Shown here: positions 58,629 through 64,000 of the stretch, in pieces | Layout of the letters: each line of letters begins with the position of its first letter | How positions within the stretch are numbered: the stretch's first letter is position 1 | Source: a virus | Reading direction: 5' to 3' (one strand) | IMG/VR virus record: IMGVR_UViG_3300027917_000024 | Location: 32,001-96,000 of that record | DNA: 64,000 nucleotides | The notes under the pieces: model-generated | The model's input: only the letters and a program-made list of their open reading frames with translations | What the model was told of the DNA's origin: nothing | Database searches by the model: none | Position numbers and translations under genes: made by a program

Positions 58629-59045
58629 TTACGTACTTGAGCTGCTCGAACTGCTGGACGTATTTGGGTTATGCGAAAGATACCATACAAAATTCTGTGT
58701 AAAAATAAATTCACCATTCTTTCCTTTTCCCATGAACATTGGTGAGCTCTGCATCGCAAAACATCGCCCACGGAATGTACTTAGGAAATCCCTTTGGCGG
58801 TGCAACACGCCATAGATTGCCTCGGCCTTGTTATACCCGCCAGGATATGTTCCATTTCTAACTCGGACCTGCATGGTTGGGAACTCTTTCCCACCTACTG
58901 CTTGTGGAGGCTCTCCTCCGGTAGGATATAGTGTTACAGTATTTGCAGGTGTATCAGGTTCGAAACCAATAAACAGGTCTGTTCCGAAAGTGCCCAGTCC
59001 TTGTGAAACTAAATACGATACGACCTCATCCAGTAGGGTTGCCAT
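58629..59045 (-). CDS. Tail terminator/completion protein with poly-Ser C-terminus
   Basis: G.FG.DLFIG..PD.P...YPTGG...P..QVRVR pattern; ends TSSSSSSST. Confidence 0.8.
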   Translation of the reverse strand: MATLLDEVVSYLVSQGLGTFGTDLFIGFEPDTPANTVTLYPTGGEPPQAVGGKEFPTMQVRVRNGTYPGGYNKAEAIYGVLHRQRDFLSTFRGRCFAMQSSPMFMGKGKNGEFIFTQNFVWYLSHNPNTSSSSSSSST

Positions 59046-59071
59046 AGTGTAACACCTATAAACCTAACATG

Positions 59072-59100
59072 ATTATAGTTGATAGAAAATAAAAAGTCAA
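59072..59100 (-). promoter_or_regulatory. Near-consensus sigma70/sigmaA promoter TTGACT-N17-TATAAT
   Basis: -35 at 59100-59095 and -10 at 59077-59072, in the 60-bp gap upstream of the tail terminator gene. Confidence 0.8.
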
Positions 59101-59105
59101 ACTTA

Positions 59106-59723
59106 TTATTTCATAGTTTTAAGAGTTGCTCGTATCTCTTTGGTTATCGGAGCCAAGAGTCGTCTTTTTGCTTCCTGTAGAGGACGTTCGATAAACTTCC
59201 CTCCCCTAGGTGGACTTCCTTTCCTAGCTTGACTCGGTCCAGTTCCTCTTGGTTGTAACTCTTCGTGTAACCTAAGAGCTAAATCATTACCATTATCATC
59301 TGTTCGCCAAAATGAGATACCTACATTTAGAGTTCCTCCAGCCAATGCGTTCACATCTTCTTTAGTAGGAAGTAGTGATCTGTCTGGAGATTTTACAATG
59401 CTAACTCCTGTACTATCACCATCCGATTCACCTTTTGCGTATATCACATTATTTACTGTAAGCCTACCACTACGAGCTAATTTGCCAGTATCAAGAGGAA
59501 CTAAATCCATTGCCTTTTCAAATGCCTCAAGACCAGCTTCTAGGAGTCCACGTTTTGCTGCTTTTATCAGAAGTACAGGCTGATTTCTTATATGTTTCTG
59601 TAACACAAGAACTCCTCTGGCTCCCATCGCTTTTCTGCCAGCGGAGATTGTGTACACTTCTGTTTTCTTGTTGTATTTTTTCAGATTAGCAATTCCAGAT
59701 TTTATTTTGGATTCTAGAGACAA
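59106..59723 (-). CDS. HK97 gp10-like neck/tail completion protein
   Basis: VPLDTGKLARSG, A.RLHE and GKFIERP motifs. Confidence 0.8.
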   Translation of the reverse strand: MSLESKIKSGIANLKKYNKKTEVYTISAGRKAMGARGVLVLQKHIRNQPVLLIKAAKRGLLEAGLEAFEKAMDLVPLDTGKLARSGRLTVNNVIYAKGESDGDSTGVSIVKSPDRSLLPTKEDVNALAGGTLNVGISFWRTDDNGNDLALRLHEELQPRGTGPSQARKGSPPRGGKFIERPLQEAKRRLLAPITKEIRATLKTMK

Positions 59724-59726
59724 TTT

Positions 59727-60422
<696 letters not shown>

Positions 60423-60429
60423 TCACTCC

Positions 60430-60753
60430 TTAACTTAGAAATGCTTTTACAAATTCCCGAACGCCTCTAATGTTATACTTATTACTGTAAGTTATAACAG
60501 TATATTCTGTACCTCCAAATAAGAATATATAGTCAGTATTAATTATCGTTGCTGACCCCTCTATTTCTGTAGGTAACCAGCATTCAATTTGAGCCATTAC
60601 TTCATTGCCCTCTTTATTTAGCACCATCTGAAATTCTTCGTTCCACCGACAAGGAACATTACTGTATACGGTTGTTTTTGTAACTGTTCCGTAGCCATCC
60701 CTAGATACAGAATAGATGGTTGTAATTGTTTGTCTAAGAAGATCAGATATCAT
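60430..60753 (-). CDS. Head-closure/head-tail adaptor protein
   Basis: 107 aa; D.YG...VPCR...G.EY.V pattern; precedes the gp10-like gene. Confidence 0.75.
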   Translation of the reverse strand: MISDLLRQTITTIYSVSRDGYGTVTKTTVYSNVPCRWNEEFQMVLNKEGNEVMAQIECWLPTEIEGSATIINTDYIFLFGGTEYTVITYSNKYNIRGVREFVKAFLS

Positions 60754-61540
60754 GTTTGCCTCTTATGTAATCTGAATATTTAAATGTATCTTGGATGGCT
60801 GATAATGTTTCATTTCGATAAAGTTCCTTAGGTCTCTTGGTACTTCTCAATCCCGCCTTGACCCACAGACCTTTGTCGAGATGGACAACGTATGTATTTT
60901 TTAGCAGTAGTGTTCTTCCACCGCTATTATTATTTCGCTGTTCCCACTCTTCTTCATTATAATCCCATTCTACTTCTGGGTCAAAGTAATTTTTTGAATC
61001 GAACATATTTTCTTTGAGGGCTCGGCGTGATGCCCCCCAACAAAAACCTTGGGCACTGGTTATATGCCATACTAAATCTTGCGACTCATATTCTTCTTCT
61101 GGTACGTGCTGCAGTTCCTGATATGCCGAACTGCTGGCTACCGGTGCTATAAAATCTCTGTTCTGTCTTTTTACCGCTTGAATGAAATATTCCCAGGATC
61201 TTGTAACTAATATATCCTGATTGAGCATTACTACTGCCTCACAATCGAAATCATCAAGTGCAATTCGTATAATTTCATTCCAAGCGTGTGTAAGATCATT
61301 AATATCTGATTGAATAAAAAGCGAATTTACATGCTTGAATCGTTTCCGAAGTGCGATGTTCAATGCACGAAATCGATAATCCAGTGAGTCATTATCTCTT
61401 ATGATGAGGACGTATTCTTCCTTCGTAAACATATCAATTCCAGAAATCAGATCCATCAACAGGGCAAAAGGATCGGTATGTTCTGTTATCTCTTGCTTAT
61501 CAATTACATCATTATGTGTAACAATGCCAATACCAATCAC
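60743..61540 (-). CDS. GT-A fold (family 2-like) glycosyltransferase
   Basis: IGIVTHN, IRDNDS, AWN, MLNQD (DXD-equivalent), GFC and VVH motifs. Confidence 0.75.
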   Translation of the reverse strand: MIGIGIVTHNDVIDKQEITEHTDPFALLMDLISGIDMFTKEEYVLIIRDNDSLDYRFRALNIALRKRFKHVNSLFIQSDINDLTHAWNEIIRIALDDFDCEAVVMLNQDILVTRSWEYFIQAVKRQNRDFIAPVASSSAYQELQHVPEEEYESQDLVWHITSAQGFCWGASRRALKENMFDSKNYFDPEVEWDYNEEEWEQRNNNSGGRTLLLKNTYVVHLDKGLWVKAGLRSTKRPKELYRNETLSAIQDTFKYSDYIRGKHDI

Positions 61541-61542
61541 GG

Positions 61543-62415
61543 TTATTTCCTATGTATAAGATCTACAGCCTTTTTCACATCTGTAAAAACGTCTTCATCT
61601 GTCGTTTCGATGTACCAATCTGTGTTCCTTGTTGGATCAATGGTTTTTCCCTTCAAGAAGTGCATATCAAACGGATAAATAATAAAAGCAGGAACGTGGG
61701 CTGTATATGCTAAAAATCCCAATCCGTATGGTCCAGAGAGTAAAAGATCTGAGTTTAGAAGTACCGCCATCTGTTCGGTCAGTGTCTTACCGGCATAGTT
61801 ATGTAATGTGAAGTTGAATGGTTCCAATGCCTCAGTTATGGATCTTTCTATCATTCCTGCTTTTGTCGAATGTACTACTGCTACCATATAAATATGAATT
61901 GGTTTGTTTACCTGTGCTTCTATTTTATCCAGGCAGTAAATCAGATCATATTGCAAGGAAAATTCTGCATCATAATTCGTATCAAAAGCGTTAATGGCAA
62001 TATTGATGGCATTTTTATCAATGAGTTTCTGTACGTCCTCAAACATTTCCTTGTTCACATTGATTTTATGCATATAATTTGTCGGTTGCCTGGGAAAAAT
62101 CTTCTCTAAATGATGGTTCTTAAGATGCTCTATAATATCAATGTTAATAGTATTATTTACATATCGGTTCAAATCAATGTCATGTGGAAAATTAGCTACT
62201 GAGACGTATTCCTCATAAATAGGAGTAGGACCCAGATAAGCAATTCCATTGAATGAACTTATAATATCTTGTGAAAGAACGAATTTTTTTGCTTTTTTAT
62301 CGTAAGCTGTATTTATTCCGATCAAGTCGAAATTACTCATGACTAATTTCCGATACAGCAAAATAAAGTTAGTAAAATCATCTCGTACCAGGCAGGTAAG
62401 CAGCCTCTTTTCCAT
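61543..62415 (-). CDS. Divergent GT9-like (GT-B) protein
   Basis: NYAGKTLTEQMAVLLNSDLLLS...LA....VP matches the GT9 C-terminal pattern, but DSGxxH is replaced by PYGLGF. Confidence 0.55.
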   Translation of the reverse strand: MEKRLLTCLVRDDFTNFILLYRKLVMSNFDLIGINTAYDKKAKKFVLSQDIISSFNGIAYLGPTPIYEEYVSVANFPHDIDLNRYVNNTINIDIIEHLKNHHLEKIFPRQPTNYMHKINVNKEMFEDVQKLIDKNAINIAINAFDTNYDAEFSLQYDLIYCLDKIEAQVNKPIHIYMVAVVHSTKAGMIERSITEALEPFNFTLHNYAGKTLTEQMAVLLNSDLLLSGPYGLGFLAYTAHVPAFIIYPFDMHFLKGKTIDPTRNTDWYIETTDEDVFTDVKKAVDLIHRK

Positions 62416-62424
62416 GGTTCCTCC

Positions 62425-63795
62425 TTACTCTACAAAATATACCTTCTTGTATAGTTCTGTCATACTGTCACTCTCAATATTATAATTTTTAAGAACGAAC
62501 TTTTTTCCCTCTTCTGCATATTCTGTTACTTTATCTATATTATTTATACAGAAATCTATCGCATCCATCCAATCATCAAGTTTTCCAGCCTGTTCCGTCT
62601 GTGTAGGAACTAGCATGCACGAGTTTTCCATTTCTTTTTTGATATTTGAGTACGGGTCGATATCGGAGCAGACAGGAAAAGCTGTTGTATAAAGATATTC
62701 CAAAAGTTTGATGGGGCTTTTTGATCGATTGAAGTCACATTCCACAAGAGGAGCAAGTCCAATATGCATCTGAAAGCTACTCAAAATCTGATGGTAATAG
62801 ATGGGTTCAACAAATGGAAGGGAAATGATTCTATTAAAATAAGGAGATAGGTCCTTTGGTGGAGACTCGCCCATAAAAAGCATGCCTATATTTTCATACT
62901 TATCAAACAATTTTGGAATAAGCCCTCCAAAAACCTCTGTATCCTTCTGATGAAATGATGATCCAATCCAAGCAATAATAATATCAGAGTCGTATTGTAA
63001 TTTTTTTGGAAGATCAATATATTTATGATCAAATACACAGTTAGGGACGACCATTACATCATCATTATGCTTTCTCAACACATCAGCAAGAGGTTCGGTT
63101 GTTGTTACTGCCCTATCACATTTCTTCAATATATTTGTTGTCACTCCAGTCCTCATTGGTGTCCAAAAGGGATATGCATGGTTCCAGTCCGGTAGATTCC
63201 ATATATCATCATCAAGCTCAAACACCACTTTCTTACCACTAGCTTGTGCCTCTTCTACAACACCCTCAAGACTAGGATCTGCTGGACGTTGAATGACCAG
63301 AGTATCAGCTAGATTATATAAATGGATTCGATCTGTAGTGATGAGATGTGCGGGAATTCCCTTCCTGCATAAAGCAACACTCGGTAAAAACATTCTGTAA
63401 TAACCGCATCCCCATTTTCGATGGTACGTCTAACCGTTGGATTTCTCCGCTCTCTAGACTCTCATAGTTTCCTATGAGCTCGGACCATATCATCATCCTA
63501 AAACATATAATAGGATGTCTCGCTTTTCGAACTCACTTGAGTTCTACACTTTACGTTGGTCTCTGAACCTGCCCCATATATAATCTGTACATGAAGGGGA
63601 TTGGCTGCTGATCGTCCAATCTTTTGGTTTTTTAGCTGTCACGTTTAACATTTCTGTTTCCGTTGTAGCACCAAAAGCTCTATAGGAGTTTCCAGCAATT
63701 AACGAGATTTGCATCTAGGTATTACTACCTAGAGGGACAAATGGTTTATCCGCCGCCATAAACGATACGGTTTTTACTTCTGGTTCTTGCTGCAT
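62425..63795 (-). CDS. GT-B fold (family 4-like) glycosyltransferase split by a group I intron: exon 1 63795-63748, in-frame exon 2 63417-62425
   Basis: AGGAGAGG RBS. Joined exons read MQQEPEVKTVSFMAAD-KWGCGYYRMFLP, restoring the AD..GCG.YR motif. Also IQR, ELDD, VPN, WIGS..H..D and FN.SKS.IK.LEY. Confidence 0.85.
63418..63747 (-). ncRNA. Group I self-splicing intron (about 330 nt, IA-like, no ORF)
   Basis: P1 GGAU|AAA-CCA-UUUGUCC with U.G at the 5' splice site; P2 with GUAA loop; P=AAUUGCUGGAAA; Q=AUCAGCAG; R=UCAGAGACCA; S=GAUAUGGUCC; P3 UCUCGU/GCGAGA; P7.x hairpin 63529-63544; P8 63494-63517; P9 GAAA hairpin 63461-63478; P10 CCAUUU/AAAUGG. Confidence 0.93.
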
Positions 63796-63858
63796 ACTTC
63801 CTCTCCTTTTTCTTTTTTGTTTGTCTTTTGCTTCTTTTGGCCATCCAATTTTCTCCGA

Positions 63859-63999
63859 TTACCTCCTTTTTCGCCGCCTCGTTCTCTTCCTCCTTTTTTT
63901 AGTAGCTTTATTGGCTGGAATTGCTTGCTGGTACGTGTTGAACGGCCCTGCAATCCGTCTTCGCCTTCCAAATACAGATGGTTGGCTATAGACATAATA
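63859..63999 (-). CDS. C-terminal fragment of an Arg/Lys-rich protein (begins outside the window)
   Basis: Open frame YYVYSQPSVFGRRRRIAGPFNTYQQAIPANKATKKRRKRTRRRKRR-stop, ending before the GT RBS. Confidence 0.45.
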   Translation of the reverse strand, partial: YYVYSQPSVFGRRRRIAGPFNTYQQAIPANKATKKRRKRTRRRKRR

Positions 64000-64000
64000 G

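Noticed and set aside
63314-63496. 60-aa ORF starting inside the intron, as a possible intron-encoded protein
   Set aside because: It runs through structured P8, P7 and P9 RNA and has no endonuclease motif. It is simply the out-of-frame reading at the 3' splice site.
63774-63995. ORF-track 73-aa protein on the - strand
   Set aside because: It overlaps the RBS and exon 1 of the intron-split GT. A different frame (63859-63999) fits the gene packing better.

Overview
This window is 64 kb of a large, AT-rich tailed dsDNA phage genome (siphovirus-type tail) in two convergent arms. The + strand arm (1-25649) covers nucleotide metabolism, replication and recombination: class II RNR, SF2 helicase, T7-like primase-helicase, UDG-fused family A polymerase, UvsY-like protein, gp32-like SSB, RecA, SbcCD-like nuclease, HAD nucleotidase, RuvC-like resolvase, SAM methyltransferase, a GT9 glycosyltransferase and two HNH endonucleases. 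The - strand arm (25688-64000) is morphogenesis: three glycosyltransferase genes just upstream of the neck genes, then tail terminator, tail tube, frameshifted G/GT chaperones, a 3936-aa tape measure protein, a lambda-like tail tip (Dit, L, K/NlpC, I-J fusion) and several fibre or receptor-binding proteins. Selfish elements are dense: four inteins (one is a Gly-starting class 3 intein, one a mini-intein), two repeat-array HNH genes flanking the GT9 gene, and a group I intron in a glycosyltransferase gene that the ORF track misses. Main highlights: (i) the intron, whose canonical omega-G 3' splice site is 1 nt out of frame; (ii) a candidate virion-glycosylation system (GT cluster plus poly-Ser tails on structural-operon proteins); (iii) an apparently circularly permuted gp32-type SSB; (iv) HNH nucleases with variable 15-aa repeat arrays and duplication scars. 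All calls come from reading motifs by eye; no searches were run.
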